In this document: positions 38,301-50,330 of the stretch, piece after piece
Position numbering within the stretch: position 1 is the stretch's first letter
How the letters are laid out: every line of letters starts with the position of its first letter
From: Macrostomum lignano
Lineage: Eukaryota
Direction: 5' to 3'
Length of the DNA: 64,000 bases
NCBI GenBank assembly: GCA_002269645.1
Contig: NIVC01000168.1
Location: 248,001 to 312,000, forward strand
Made by a program: the position numbers and the translations under genes
Notes under the pieces: model-generated
Database searches by the model: none
What the model saw: only the letters and a program-made list of their open reading frames with translations
Told to the model about the DNA's origin: nothing

Positions 38301-40287
38301 TTGAATTCCCTTAGAGATTCTCCTTGGATTCGCCTGAAGATTTCCTATCGACATTTTTGAGATTCCCAAAGCTTCTCGTTTGACTTCTCGATTGCATTGC
38401 TCACCTACGCATAGATGCGTGTAAAAAAAAGACCCATATATAGGCAGGTCTCTCACCTGATGGTACCAGCTGTGATTGCTCCACAGCAGCAGCACAATAC
38501 GCAGTATTGGTTTCAATCGATCGGCTTTCTCAGTCAGAGTTCGAGCCTCCCCAAGCTCGTTCACCCAAGCCTCCAGCGGGCCCAGGTATTTGAGTATCTC
38601 TTGAGCAAACTGTCTGCCCGAGTCGATTTCAAACACGACTTCGTTGAACGAAGCAGCGTAATTGCTGGAGCTGGCATGCAGGTAGGACATGATGTCCACG
38701 GTTTCCTGCTGTTCGAGCTGGGTCTGCAAGCTCTTGAAAGTCTTCTCGCGATCGCGCCAGATTTCTATCTCGGCTAGCGGGCCCGCGTCTGCGCCGTACT
38801 TGTGCTGCAGCTGCTCGATGGGATCGGCTCGGATAGCGCTCTGTGTGAGTAGTTATTTATATAGTTTTAATAATTGCAGCACATACAAGCCCACCAATAC
38901 TGTACACTCAGACCCGCACTCTTGCGGTCTACCCTGTGGGTCGCAAGTGTTCGTTTCAATAGAAAGATACTGGTATGTCTTCTATTGCTTACTTCAATAG
39001 CTTCTCACAAATAGTGGAAATGCTCTTGGATGATAAGGTAACTACAATATATAAAAAATCAACACCTGTGTCAACAGGTAAATCTTTTTTTAAGTGTTCC
39101 AACAAGCACAATTCCAAGTACGTACCTGCTCTAATGGTTCAAACATAGATCTACTCTATCAGATTGAACATATTGATAGATAATCATCTGTCTAATTTAA
39201 TTTAGCATCATTTTCGTTTGACTTCGCGACATTTAATTTAACTTAGAGCCAATTTTGTTGGACTGTGCGTTTATGTCCTGCAGCACTACAGGAAATTTTA
39301 ACTTGCACCTGTAGTGGCCAACAGAAGATCAGCGCCAATACTCACCCGAATCTGCTTCATCCAGTTGACCACGGTAGTCTCTAAGATGTGCACCACGGCC
39401 AAGCCTCTGGTTTCGCTGGCCTGCGTCAGCACTTCCAGGTTCGGCAACGACAGCACAGTGTCGCCCTGCGACTGGTAATGAGCCGACTCCACTGTTGCCA
39501 TCAGCCTGTGCAAGAAGTCGGACAGTTTGTCCACGTTGACACCACCTGCGGCGGCTGCGGCGGCGGCGGCTGCGGCGGCATCGCCGGCCTCGCTAGGCTG
39601 GTAGGACGCCGTGGACGAAGGCACCGCAGCGGCAGGTCTGGCAGCGCACAGGCTCGGCAGGAAGATTTCCCGCAGTAGCAGGTGGGTGTGGTTGAGCAGC
39701 GAGGATGAGCCCTCGGTGCAGCTGACCTCTGAGTCTGTGTGATTTTTAAATGTTTGAGTGATTGATTGCGTCAGTGACGTGCCTTGACGACAAATCATGC
39801 TGAACAGCGATAGAGGGGGGCCGCGAATACCCCTCCAACCAAAGCGCCCCCACAAAATAAGAGACAGGGGCGTCCACCAAAAGACAGGGGCGCCCACCAA
39901 GAGACAGGGACGCCCACCAAGAGACAGGGACTCCCACCAAGAGACAGGGACTCCCACCAAGAGACAGGGACTCCCACCAAGAGACAGGGACGCCCACTAA
40001 AAGACTTTGGTCGATTCTCACGTATAGAACCCCTCTTTGATTTCCCTCTGTAGTTCACATAAGAAAATTTTGTGTTGAAATAATCCCAAAATAGATGCAT
40101 CAAAGGTTGCATATTTCACGTACTGATATTTTCTGGCGTTATTTTAATAGGACTCTTCTTGAGGAAGAAGACAGATTTTCCTTGGAAATCGTACGGTGGA
40201 TACAGGGACACCTGCAGAGCTCCGTTGCGTCTGTAGGCGTACAGCTTCTTGACGTCCTCATTGTCGATGAACTCGTAAAATGCGAGT
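8310..40287 (-). CDS. Divergent axonemal dynein heavy chain-like gene (outer-arm beta/DNAH9-11-17-like tail), at least 29 exons, ~6,700 aa; first exon not found
   Basis: Exons, all GT-AG, junction phases consistent apart from the frameshifts noted: 40124-40287, 39346-39734, 38457-38840, 37386-37606, 35860-36283, 33714-33833, 32683-33492, 31531-32508, 30418-31438, 30087-30259, 28767-29223, 26837-28425, 25849-26752, 23465-25728, 22965-23216, 22233-22457, 21337-21579, 19523-19728, 17469-19207 (contains the gap), 17229-17391, 16989-17140, 16023-16784, 15299-15916, 14648-15079, 13839-14514, 12245-13578, 12020-12134, 11049-11739, 8310-10807. Motifs appear in dynein order: GPLAEIEIW (N1), GWLLINMRPLKQ, KPRHWKQL and FPRFNFLS (N2/linker), YGWEYIG (AAA1), GPSGVGKT (AAA2), GPRGCGKS and FVDDLN (AAA3), FLPTARRSHYVFSLR, IDPHSRG (AAA5), YECEIY, ERGFFIL. 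Two apparent 1-nt frameshifts. Confidence 0.88.
8475..9510 (-). repeat. Coding 24-bp tandem repeat (EKPAEDIT/EKPAEDTT, ~43 copies) in the last dynein-like exon
   Basis: 782-aa ORF 8310-10658 continues in frame to the acceptor at 10807. Confidence 0.9.
9735..10400 (-). repeat. Coding 30-bp tandem repeat (EKTADDSEPA, ~20 copies)
   Basis: Same ORF; repeated agctgtcttctcagcaggttctgaatcatc units on the + strand. Confidence 0.9.
18468..18769. other. Assembly gap (302 N) inside the dynein stalk exon
   Basis: Run of N read directly. Confidence 1.
19233..19502. repeat. Intronic 34-bp tandem repeat, ~8 copies
   Basis: Unit gattttaatgatttactgtaagctactggtagta starts at 19233, 19267 and so on. Confidence 0.95.
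21660..21947 (-). mobile_element. tRNA-derived SINE-like element, copy 1
   Basis: Minus-strand A-box-like TAGCCTAGTGTT (21929-21940) and B-box-like GGCTCGATTCC (21899-21909). Body is similar to 22625-22910. Confidence 0.6.
22625..22910 (-). mobile_element. tRNA-derived SINE-like element, copy 2 (more decayed)
   Basis: Shares the core caacccc-aag-cacag-gaa-tgtacatgcctga...ggcc-ctgtacac-cctgtgt with copy 1; degenerate A-box cagctcagcgtt. Confidence 0.55.
34141..34215 (-). mobile_element. tRNA-like/SINE head fragment
   Basis: Perfect B-box GGTTCGATTCC on the minus strand (34151-34161); no complete cloverleaf. Confidence 0.45.
35087..35742. repeat. Near-perfect 15-bp minisatellite (CAGAGGCGCCAGCAC, ~43.5 copies), intronic
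   Basis: Read directly; only one variant base (35681). Lies in the dynein intron 33834-35859. Confidence 0.98.
36830..36890 (+). mobile_element. tRNA-like/SINE head fragment
   Basis: A-box-like CTGCTAAGTGG (36838-36848) and B-box-like GGTTCGAAT (36877-36885), 28 nt apart. Confidence 0.4.
36895..37272. repeat. 26-bp tandem repeat ATGAGATTAGTCTATGAGCATCAAGC, ~14.5 copies
   Basis: Read directly. Confidence 0.95.
37655..38345. repeat. Degenerate ~10-11-bp repeat (GATTCCCTTAGA-like) with a ~209-bp higher-order duplication
   Basis: Block ttgcatttccttagagatacctcttg recurs at 37801 and 38010. Confidence 0.85.
39861..40000. repeat. 20-bp tandem repeat GAGACAGGGACTCCCACCAA, 7 copies
   Basis: Read directly; intronic. 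Confidence 0.92.
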
Positions 40288-42472
40288 CTAAAATAATATT
40301 GGATATAAAAGTTTCAATACTATATAAGCATCAGCATTATCAGCAGTGAAATATAATTAGATGGCAAAATGCGCAAACAATCTTACTTGTATTCATCTTG
40401 TTCAATGAGATTTTTTGTTTCTGGAATAGTTGCTTGCACCGCGAACTCCAATTTTCTTTCGAACCATTTCACACACTCATCCATCTGGAATTAATATTGG
40501 AATTTCTTATAAGTTTGAAATGCATTATGATAACAAGCGAAGTCACATGGATACAATACTATATGTATATGAAACTATTCTAAACAGCTTTCTTTACTTA
40601 TTTTTTTCTTCATTTTGAAATTACGTGGTCTTTTGCTAGATTGACTAAATTGCAACAATTATGGCATTTACTATCTGAAATTTCAAAATTACTTCGTACA
40701 TATTCATATTAAGACTTCATGACAATCTCATAAAAACCAAAAATTTAATCTGATAGTTCTCTGAATATGTGGGAATAAAGAACGAACTTTATTCGTCTAC
40801 AATTTTTAGGTGTCATGCCTAAAACAGTTTCCAGGAAGTTTATATTAAGAATAAATAATTGAAAAAAACTTTATACTTATCAAAAAGTCGTTTGACAAAA
40901 GCAAGATAAATATAATCTAAAAAGTAATGCCTGCAAGTCTATAATCTAAATAGGCGACCTGAAAACCGAGTAAAATCAGACAAACTTTTGTGAAAGTAGA
41001 AGATATCTGGGCCATCTGGCCCGGTTAAATAAATCCCATTTTGCAAATGACAACATGAGCTCGAGTTTCAAGTCTTTGAAAAAATGTAACTATAACTTGC
41101 TAATGTTAAATCTGCGCGAATCTGTTTTGCTAAGGAGCCACGGTTGTAAAACAAAAATGAAACTAAAGACTCAAGTATCTGGCGATAAATTACAAAATTT
41201 TAAGTAAAGGCTAGATAAATAGCAGATAATTATTTTTTAAATTAATAAAATGTAAACATAAAAATAAAACTATTTTCCGCTTTTCACTTTTGCAGATTCT
41301 AAGAAAATGCTTTCTGCAGAACATGTGTAAAGTGTCTGTAAGCCACCTGTCGGCATTTTAACGAATTTTGTAGTATTTTTTGTCTTTCGTATTCTGTAAG
41401 ACAATGCTAATAAATACTAGGTTCGAGGTAAGGTACATAGTTTGAGGAAAGCCAGTAAAACGAAAGCAAAAACGAACATTCGCATTTTTCCTTAGTTATA
41501 CCAAATTACAATATATTAATCTTCGCGCGACATGTTTCGCCGAACAATCAGCATCTTTAGACAATAATATAGGTGCAGAGAGATAGTAAATTAGTAAATT
41601 TTTAAATTCTAATAAGCCAAAATGATGCAAGTATGGGTAGCAGAGTTAGATGGCCCTAAATAATAAGCTCCAGTTTACTTTGTTTATAAACTATAACTAA
41701 TAGTAATACTAGACTAGGTTATAATTTATATAAAATATATTTTTTCTTTTTGAATTGGCTTGTACTCGTAGGCGTCGTTGCTCATAATTTCTAAACTGCT
41801 AAAATTCTTAAGTAAATTAGTACAGCTTTTTATTAAATATTATAATGCAAGTTTGCAACTAAACAAAATACTTCATGTGCAGTTTTTTAAAATTGAGATA
41901 CAAATTGCATCCAAGTTGATAGGCCTACTAATGCAATTATTTTAATAAATATAATACAATTAAGAATGTATTGTTTAAAAACTATTTTATTAGAAAGCAG
42001 TTAATTTTCTCTCAGATTTGTTTTATGGACAAAGAAAAAAAGAGAAGAGAGGAAGAGTGAGAGTCAGACAGGAGAGGAAAAATAAAAAGAGATGGGAGAA
42101 AAAAGGAGAAGAGAAAGAAAAGCAAAGAGAAAAGAAAAGAAAAAAAGAAGAAAATAAAGATAAGACATAAACCTTGACAAGGCCAGATTTCTATTATAAA
42201 GTTTCAAAGAACTTAAGGGCCATATAGAGAGCCTTTGTGGGCTGAATGCAACCTATAGGCTAGAGCTAGCTAACACTTGAACTTAAATGCTTTATTTTTA
42301 TTGACCTAGATTATTCAAAATCTTAATTCCTTTATAACTAGAATATTACTCATACTTGATTTTTAAATAAATGTTTAGTTCTAATTAAAAATTCATTTAC
42401 TCTAATCTGACAAAACATTTCTGCCAATTGTTTGCATATCAAGATTGTAAAAAGTCTTTTTCGAAAAAAAAT

Positions 42473-45335
42473 ATGTCAAGTGCCAGCAGGAAATATGATT
42501 TAGTGATATTTGGTGCCTCGGGCTTCACTGGCCAATATGCTGTCGAAGAAATGGCCCGAGTTGCTGAACGAGAGGCTTCAAGTGGCGGTGGTGGCGCCAT
42601 TAAATGGGCCATTGCTGGTCGGTCAGAGGCCAAGCTGAAGGACACACTGAGGGCATGCTCTGACCAGACTAGTGAGTGCAGGCTGGTTGCAAACTAGCCA
42701 GATTGTGAGGAGTGCTGGGAGAAGGGAGAAGGGAGAGAGGAGATGAAGAGAGAAAGGAGAGAGAGAGATTGAAGAGTAAAGGGATAGAGGGAGGAAAGAG
42801 AGAGAGCGCGTGAAGAGGGAAGAGAGAGAGAGAGAGTGAAGAGAGAAAGGAGAGAGGGTGTGAAGAGGGTAGGGAGGGTGTGAAGTGGGTAGAGGGAGTG
42901 AAGAGGGAAGGGAGAGAGGGAGTGAAGAGGGGAGAGAGGGAGTGAAGAGGGGAGAGAGGGAGTGAAGAGAGGAGAGGGAGTGAAGAGGGGAGAGAGGGAG
43001 TGAAGAGGGGAGAGAGGGAGTGAAGAGGGTAGAAAGGGAGTGAAGAGGGGAGAGAGGGAGTGAAGAGGGGAGAGAGGGAGTGAAGAGGGGAGAGAGGGAG
43101 TGAATATGGGAGAGAGGGAGTGAAGAGAGAAAGGAGAGAGGGAGTGAAGAGGGAAGGGAGAGAGGGAGTGAAGAGGGTAGAGAGGGAGTGAAGAGGGTAG
43201 AGAGAGAGTGAAGAAGGTAGAGAGGGAGTGAAGAGGGGAGAGAGGGAGTGAATATGGGAGAGAGGGAGTGAAGAGAGAAAGGAGAGAGGGAGTGAAGAGG
43301 GAAGGGAGAGAGGGAGTGAAGAGGGTAGAGAGGGAGTGAAGAGGGGAGAGAGGGAGTGAAGAGGGGAGAGAGGGAGTGAAGAGAGGAGAGGGAGTGAAGA
43401 GGGGAGAGAGGGAGAGAGGGAGTGAAGAGGGTAGAGAGAGAGTGAAGAAGGTAGAGAGGGAGTGAAGAGGGGAGAGAGGGAGTGAAGAGTGGAAAGAGGG
43501 AGTGAAGAGGGGAGAGAGGGAGTGAAGAGGAAAGGGAGAGAGGTAGAGTAGAAGTCCAGAGAAAGAAGAGCGGTGAAAGCGGCGGGAAGTGAGGTAGTTG
43601 ATAACTGCGCAAATGATTTTGCCAGTAAAATTATAAAACATATATCCTATCAAATTACAATTTCCTAGAAATGGAGCAACTCAAATCGGTGCCCATAATT
43701 ATTGCGGACGTGTCCGATGCCGCTAGCCTAGCCGAAATGGCCAAGCAGACTAAGGTTCTAGTCAGCTGCGTCGGACCGGTGAGTTTGGGGTGTCTGTGTT
43801 TTGCTTCACCGGGAGGGGGAAGGGGATTAAATGCTAGAATGTTGCAAGGGATTCCCTGTGCAATGGCATTATGGTGGAATGGATCTGCGTAATTTAATCC
43901 GTGGGATTGGGGGGGATATTATATTGTGACTTGACTTGATCCATGTCTACTTTGCAATGCATCATTGATCGGCATGATGGTCTCTGCCTAAAAAAGCATG
44001 CACTGATTCCATCATCGAATTCCCACAGGACTATTCATGTTCCTCCCCTGCGTGTGTTTAGGGTGGAATGTGATCGATTCCTTTGATGACAAAAGCAAGC
44101 AACAAAGCAGCGAGTGTCTATGCAAACTATAAATATTATAAATTAATACAAAAATATTTCGTAGGACAGGTAATTATTTGGATAATTATTATTTTGATTT
44201 CTTTCAGTACCGGTTCTTCGGCGAGCCAGTTGTTAAAGCGTGCGTTGAAAATGGCACCAATTATTTGGACGTTAGCGGAGAGCCGCAGGTGAGGCTGCAT
44301 ATCTGCTACTGTACCTAATGTACCTAATTAACCTTGTGTACCTAGTGTAGCTAATGTACCTAGTGTACCTAATGTACTTAATGTACCTAGTGTACCTAAT
44401 GTACTTAATGTACCTAGTGTACCTAATGTACTTAATGTACCTAGTGTACCTAATGTACTTAATGTACCTAGTGTACCTAATGTACTTAATGTACCTAGTG
44501 TACCTATAATGTACTTAATGTACCTAGTGTACCTAATGTACTTAATGTACCTAGTGTACCTAATGCATCTAGTGTACCTAATGTACCTAATGTACTTAAT
44601 GTACCTAGTGTACCTAATGTGCCTAATTAACCTAGTGTATCTAATGTACCTAATGAACCTACTGTACCTAATGTACCTATTGTACCTAATGTACCTAGTG
44701 TACCTAATGTACCTAGTAACCTAGTGTACCTAAGTATACCTAATGTAAAACGGATCTGTGTATCTAATATGTACATATCAATGTGTGTAATAGGTACATA
44801 TGCCTAATGTGTACAATGTAGTAGTTGAACGCTAAACTAATTATAAATCTGACACACTCCAGTTCCTAGAATCGATGCAGCTAAAGTACAACGACACCGC
44901 CAAAGCTAACGGCGTTTATATTGTCGGCTCCTGCGGCTGGGACTCGGTGCCCTGCGAAATGGGCGTCCAGTTCACCGAGCAGTCTGCGCCGGGGCCGTTG
45001 AACAGCATCGAGGCGTTCTACAAGATGATACCGGGCCCTCACGGAGCCGCAGGGCACTATGGCACCTGGCAGTCCGCCATCCACGGGTTCGCCCACCGGG
45101 GCGAGCTGGCCAGCATCAGGAAGCGGCTGTTCCCCGACCGCCTGCCGCGGCCGAAGCACCGCCTGACGCCCCGGTCTTTGATCTCGTGGAGTCGGGAGAC
45201 CGACAACTGGTGCGTGCCGTTCCCCGGCAGCGACCGCTCCGTGGTGATTCGGACTGAGCGAGCCATGCGGGACCGGCTGCCGGATAGGAGGCCGCTGCAG
45301 TTCTTCCCCTACCTGCAGGTGCGTGTTTGTGGGAA

Positions 45336-45369
<34 letters not shown>

Positions 45370-47425
45370 TTCTGTCTGTCTGTCTTCCTTTTTAAATATG
45401 AAAATCCCACAATAGCTACTGATCCAAGTGAGTAGCTAAGTGAGTATCTTCTAATTCTACGTTTTTCAATCGAAAAAACGCCCTCATTTTTCTCAGGTCG
45501 GCAGCCTATTCAACGCCATTGTCATGCTGTTGCTAGGCAGCGTATTCGGCATCATGGCTTCGTTCAAATTCACTCGTCGCCTACTGGAGTCCTATCCGCG
45601 CCTGTTCTCTCTGGGCGTGTTCTCGCACCAGGGCCCCAGCCGGAAGCAGGTTGAGACGACGAGTTTTGCTATGACCTTTGTCGGTGTCGGCTGGGCCAGC
45701 GCTGCCGATGCTGGCTCAGCTAAAGACGGCAATTCGTCGGATCTAAAAGCGCCATCGACTCGTACGGTTACTAAGCTGGTAGGCCCGGAGCCGGGTTACG
45801 TGGCCACGCCAATTTGTCTGCTCCAGGCGGCCATGTGCGTCCTTCGCGAGTCCGATAAAATGCCGAAGAAGTGAGTCAATTCTTATCTAATCTTGATCTT
45901 AGCTAAAAAACCTTCAAGTCGTGAGTCTGACGCTCTAAACACTAGGCTGCAACCCCCGTGACAGGAATCGCTAAAAAGTCGTTGCTAACTGTTGTGTCGT
46001 GTAACCTGACAGACCAACTTAATGATAGAAAATATTTTACGAATATTTATACTATAACGTAAATGCTCCTATATTATTATTATTGTCTATTACTTATACT
46101 ACCACTTTAAGTAGCGTAGTTGATAAATTATCTGTATAATGTATTATTAATCACGTGATATCTCTAGCTCTTGAATTTATCGATCGTGCAGTTTTTCTAG
46201 TGTAGTTAAAATATCGATCATGTAGTTTTTCTTAAATAACGAAAATATAAATAAAGCAACTGTGCTCACCTAGCACTTTACTTTTCAACTCAACTGGAAA
46301 ACTTCAAGCCTTGGCTACACAACACTAACAACTCTCTGGAGACTCTATCGCGATTCAGGGGCGACTTCTTGTGTGACTTTTTAGCGACTCAAACGCGTCT
46401 AATGCGACAGAATCGTAATAAATAAAGTTGCGAAAGAGTCGTTTCAGAGTTTCACAGATAATAAAATGCTTCGAAGTGATTCTTGGGCAACCCTTTGACG
46501 ACCCTCGGGAATTCGGGACATGATCTTTAGGACAGCTCAATAATTGGAAAAAAAATCATCAAATATAAAATAAAATAAAATAAAATAAATAAATAAATAT
46601 TTATAAATATATAAATATTTGTTCCTATATTTTATATTTTATTATAAAATATAAATTAATAATAAATAAATTAAAACTAATTATAAAATTAATATATTTT
46701 ATTATTTAAATAAATATTTTATAAATATATAAATAAATTACATAAATAAATAAAATTAAATAAAATAAATATATATTAAATATATTAAAATGTTTAATAT
46801 AAAAATAATATTTATTATATTATTAACGAATAAATAACGAATAAATAATAACAATAATAATATAATAATATAATAATAAACATTATTTTTATATTAAACA
46901 TTTTAATATATTTAATATATATTTATTATTATTATATTATTATAAAAATAATAAAATTTTATTATTATTTAATACATTAGTTAAGACTTAATAATAGACA
47001 AGAGTTACATTACAAGACTTAATACTCAAATATTCGCACGCGGTTAGTGCCTTTTGGAAAAAAAGACTTGTCCCGATTTCCCGACTTTTTTAGGGTCGGG
47101 CCCGGGTCGGGCCACGATTTTGGTCGGGATTCCCGACTTTTCGGGCCCGAGCCCGGGACTGGGTCGCCCCCTAGTCGAGAGTCACTTCTTATCTTCTTAA
47201 CTTTTTATCGTTCGATTACTCATCTCCTTGGAGTTCGCAGCTATATCGCTTTCGTACATATGTTTGAGAACTTCCCCATGCATTGTATTCTCAATTTCCT
47301 AACTTCTCAACAGGGGTGGAGTTCTCACGCCCGGATCGGCTTTCCGTGACACCAAGCTAATCGATCGTCTGAAAAGTTGCGGCTTAGAGTTCACTAAAGT
47401 TCTGGTTGACGATGTCAGTCAGTAA
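42473..47425 (+). CDS. SCCPDH: Saccharopine dehydrogenase-like oxidoreductase, 6 exons
   Basis: Exons 42473-42671, 43669-43778, 44208-44288, 44863-45318, 45497-45870, 47314-47425 with consistent phases. Motifs YDLVIFGASGFTGQY (Rossmann), WAIAGRSEAKL, CVGPYRFFGEPVVKACVENGTNYLDVSGEP, SCGWDSVP, GPEPGYVATP, GGVLTPGSAF. Confidence 0.95.
42717..43545. repeat. ~830-bp polypurine (GA-rich) ~20-bp repeat GAGAGAGGGAGTGAAGAGGG in SCCPDH intron 1
   Basis: Read directly; almost no pyrimidines on the + strand. Confidence 0.92.
44310..44747. repeat. 9-bp repeat TGTACCTAA/TGTACCTAG in SCCPDH intron 3
   Basis: Read directly. Confidence 0.93.
46341..47183. mobile_element. Candidate non-autonomous TIR element (MITE-like) with an AT-rich core in SCCPDH intron 5
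   Basis: Imperfect inverted ends gactctatcgcgattcaggggcgac / gtcgccccctagtcgagagtc. Inner inverted pair tcgggaattcgggaca (~46505) / tgtcccgatttcccga (~47070). Many cccga/tcggg motifs near the right end. No target-site duplication (TSD) found. Confidence 0.45.
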
Positions 47426-48039
47426 TCAGCAACGTTATTGATTGGTTGATTTTTTGAAAACCATGAAGCTTCAAAATTTGTAGTTTTTGTGTTTTAAACT
47501 TTGTTATTATTCTGTTGTAATTTTTTCAAACAAACAACACTGCCAGTCCACTACGTACTGCAATAAGTTTAATATTTGTTTATTGGTCTTGTCATTTCTT
47601 AGAAATTGAAGTTTTTCGTTTTTTTCTCTCAAAATTTGCACCATTAAGTAGTCGTAGAATAAATTAGTTAATTAGTTATTATAAATCTAACGCAATTAAA
47701 TTAAGCTTTGGTAGATGTTCAAAACTTTTTTCTGCTCATTAATTAGTAGAATGCATTATTTCCACGACGTTATATCCCATTCATATTGCAACACCGTAGC
47801 TTACAATTCTTGTCTCATTCTACGAGCTAATTTAGAAATTTCGCCAACAATTCTTTTCTGCAATCATAAAAACTACTATAAAGAAAATTAAATACAAAGA
47901 AGCTTTCAAATCATTCCTAATTATTTTCCGAGCGTTTTAGTTAAACTTAGCACCCGATTAATGCGCAAATTTCTAATTAGCTTTAACAACTTTTGTTTTT
48001 TGTATCTGATTGCGCGTAAAAGAGTAGGCTGTACCAAAG

Positions 48040-50330
48040 CATTGGGGCGTGGCGGGTACTTCCTGCGTCCTCACTCTCGGATCACAAGTTCATCTCCTTC
48101 AACCTGATGGCCGCGCGTAGCGCAACTCGTGTTACGTGGAGACGGAACGCCAGAAACACTGATTGGGAAACCTTCGGGCTCGCCCTGAAGGAGTTCCATC
48201 GGTCTCCTGGCCAACCATCCACGATCACGTCGTGTCGAGAGGCAGATGAGTGCGCGACTGAGTTGACAGAGACGCTAACCACCGCCTTTGAGGCATCATA
48301 AGCCTATAAAGGGAAAAAAATCCGCGCCGTGGTGGAATCCCGAGCTCGGCAATCTCCGTCGCGATGGCGATAATACTGTGAGGAGCTAGAGGGCTCACGC
48401 CCCACCTCCAGAGTTGTGAAAGCGCTCACGCTGGACAAAATGTCTAAGCTCTCCTGGGTCAAACGCACCGACGGTACGTTCACGGACAACCCAGGGGAAA
48501 CGCTTGATGTAATGCTCACTGCGTTTTTCCCCAACGAGCCAGCTAACCCGACCACTCCGGATTACTCTGAGGGAGGTCCCGCGCTGGCTGCCTCTATCAT
48601 CACGGCCGGAGGACTGCATCGTGAGAGCGGCTAATTCCTTCAAACCTTTCAAAGCCCCAGGACCCGACGGTATTGTACCGGGAGGCGGTTAAATTCCCAT
48701 GCAGGCTTCCTGCGTAAACTTTGCAGCCTTTTTCGGGCGTGCGTCACGCTTGGTTATGTCCCACAGGCATGGACCGAGGCAAAGGTGATTTTTATCCCTA
48801 AGCCAGGGCGTCCGGACTACCATTCTATCAAATCCTTCAGATTGATCAGCCTGAGCTCCCTGCAGTCAAGCTGATGGAGAGACTGGTGCTTTGGCACCTT
48901 CTCTCTGTTGAGCTGAAGAACAAACCTCTCACAGGACCAAGTGGCAGATTCGGCCGCTCACGCTTTACGGAAGGGAAATTCCCTTCTGCAAGCAGACTAT
49001 AAATGTCTAGGTATTATACCCAGGACCACAGGCTGGACTGGTCACCCCACTTTCATGCGAAAGCCAAGAGGGCCCTTTCCGTCCTCGCGCAATTGCGCAG
49101 GGCTGTAAAACCACCTGGGTGGGGGCTCAACCCCAAGCGCCTCTGGTTCATCTACACTGCATTAATGGTTAGGCCTGCTATCTCGTATGGCGGCCTGATC
49201 TGTGGTTAGCGCCTTGCAGTTAAAGACCTGCCTGGAGGCTCTCAGGAGAACGCAAGGGCGGGCATGCCGCATGATCATGAGCGCACCCCCGTCTGCTCCT
49301 TTATGATGGCCTCAACGCCTTCCTCAACATTCCCCCGCTGGACGTCTTTGTCCGCAGGGAAGCGGCTAGGACTGCCCGCCGTCTAATTGACGCTGGGCAT
49401 TCGTATCCTGTCCCACAGGGCCATGGCTAAGCGCAAGCTCCTGTCTCACGCCGACCTCTGCCTCAAAGACTTGAGAGAGACGGCGGCGGGCTCCACGTCG
49501 ATCTTATCTGACGGTGAATCCCGCACTCTCAACCCCTTTCAGCGCTACAAGCAGGTTTCTTTCGAAAAGATACATAGGTCAACATCCCCTCTAGGGATGC
49601 TGCAATTGACCACTGGAATTTCCAGGAGGTCCACTGCTACACGGATAGATCCATCAAAGACGGCCTCGCCGGCTTTGGAGTTTGCATCATCAACGGCCGC
49701 GTCATTGCCACGCATGCCCAGCACACTGGCAGACTCTCCACATGGTCTTCCAGAACGAAATCCTTTCCATCAGCTCCTGCGCTGCAGAGCTGAACGGCAG
49801 TTAAGGGTACGAGAGGATCGAGACTATATTTTATTGACATCCACTCTGATAGCCAAAGCGGCCTTACAGGCCCTTTGCCACACCACAACGAACTCCCGGA
49901 CAGTCGCCGACTGCGTCCGGCAGCTCAACCTCCTGGCCAGTAGCAATACTGTGCTTTCTCCGAGCTAGGCGACCTCGAGAGTAAACTTTGCGCTTTTTGC
50001 GAGAGTACGACGACAATGAATTGATGCTCGACAGCACTTTGTTTTGTCACATGCCCTTTCTTTACCAGAGGCCGGCTACGCTACCTGGGGCCGAACCCGT
50101 CCATTGACGAGGTCTGCCAGCCTGACAGCATCCCACGACTCATCAAAAGTTCCTTCGGGCGACAATTAAGACGAGCCACTTTCTTCCCCACGGAAGATCA
50201 CACTGCAGCAGGACGGACCGGCGGCACCCTGACCGGCCCCACGCCTCTGCCTCTCTGTGGGCCTTCAGGGGCTAGCGGAATGGGCCACCCTCGCTTTTCC
50301 CGCTGTGTATACGGACCATATGCACCCTGC
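48040..50330 (+). mobile_element. Decayed I-group (LOA/R1-like) non-LTR retrotransposon: endonuclease end, partial RT, RNase H
   Basis: IGAWRVLPASSLSDHKFISFNL (endonuclease end), RNARNTDW, DGTFT...FFP, FKPFKAPGPDGI, KVIFIPKPGRPDY..SFRLISL, WGLNPKRLWFIYTA, and RNase H-like YTDRSIKDG and KAALQAL. Many frameshifts; RT core deleted near 48930. Confidence 0.82.

Noticed and set aside
42623-43653. ~320-aa Leu/Ser/Pro-rich ORFs
   Set aside because: Antisense translation of the GA-rich intronic repeat.
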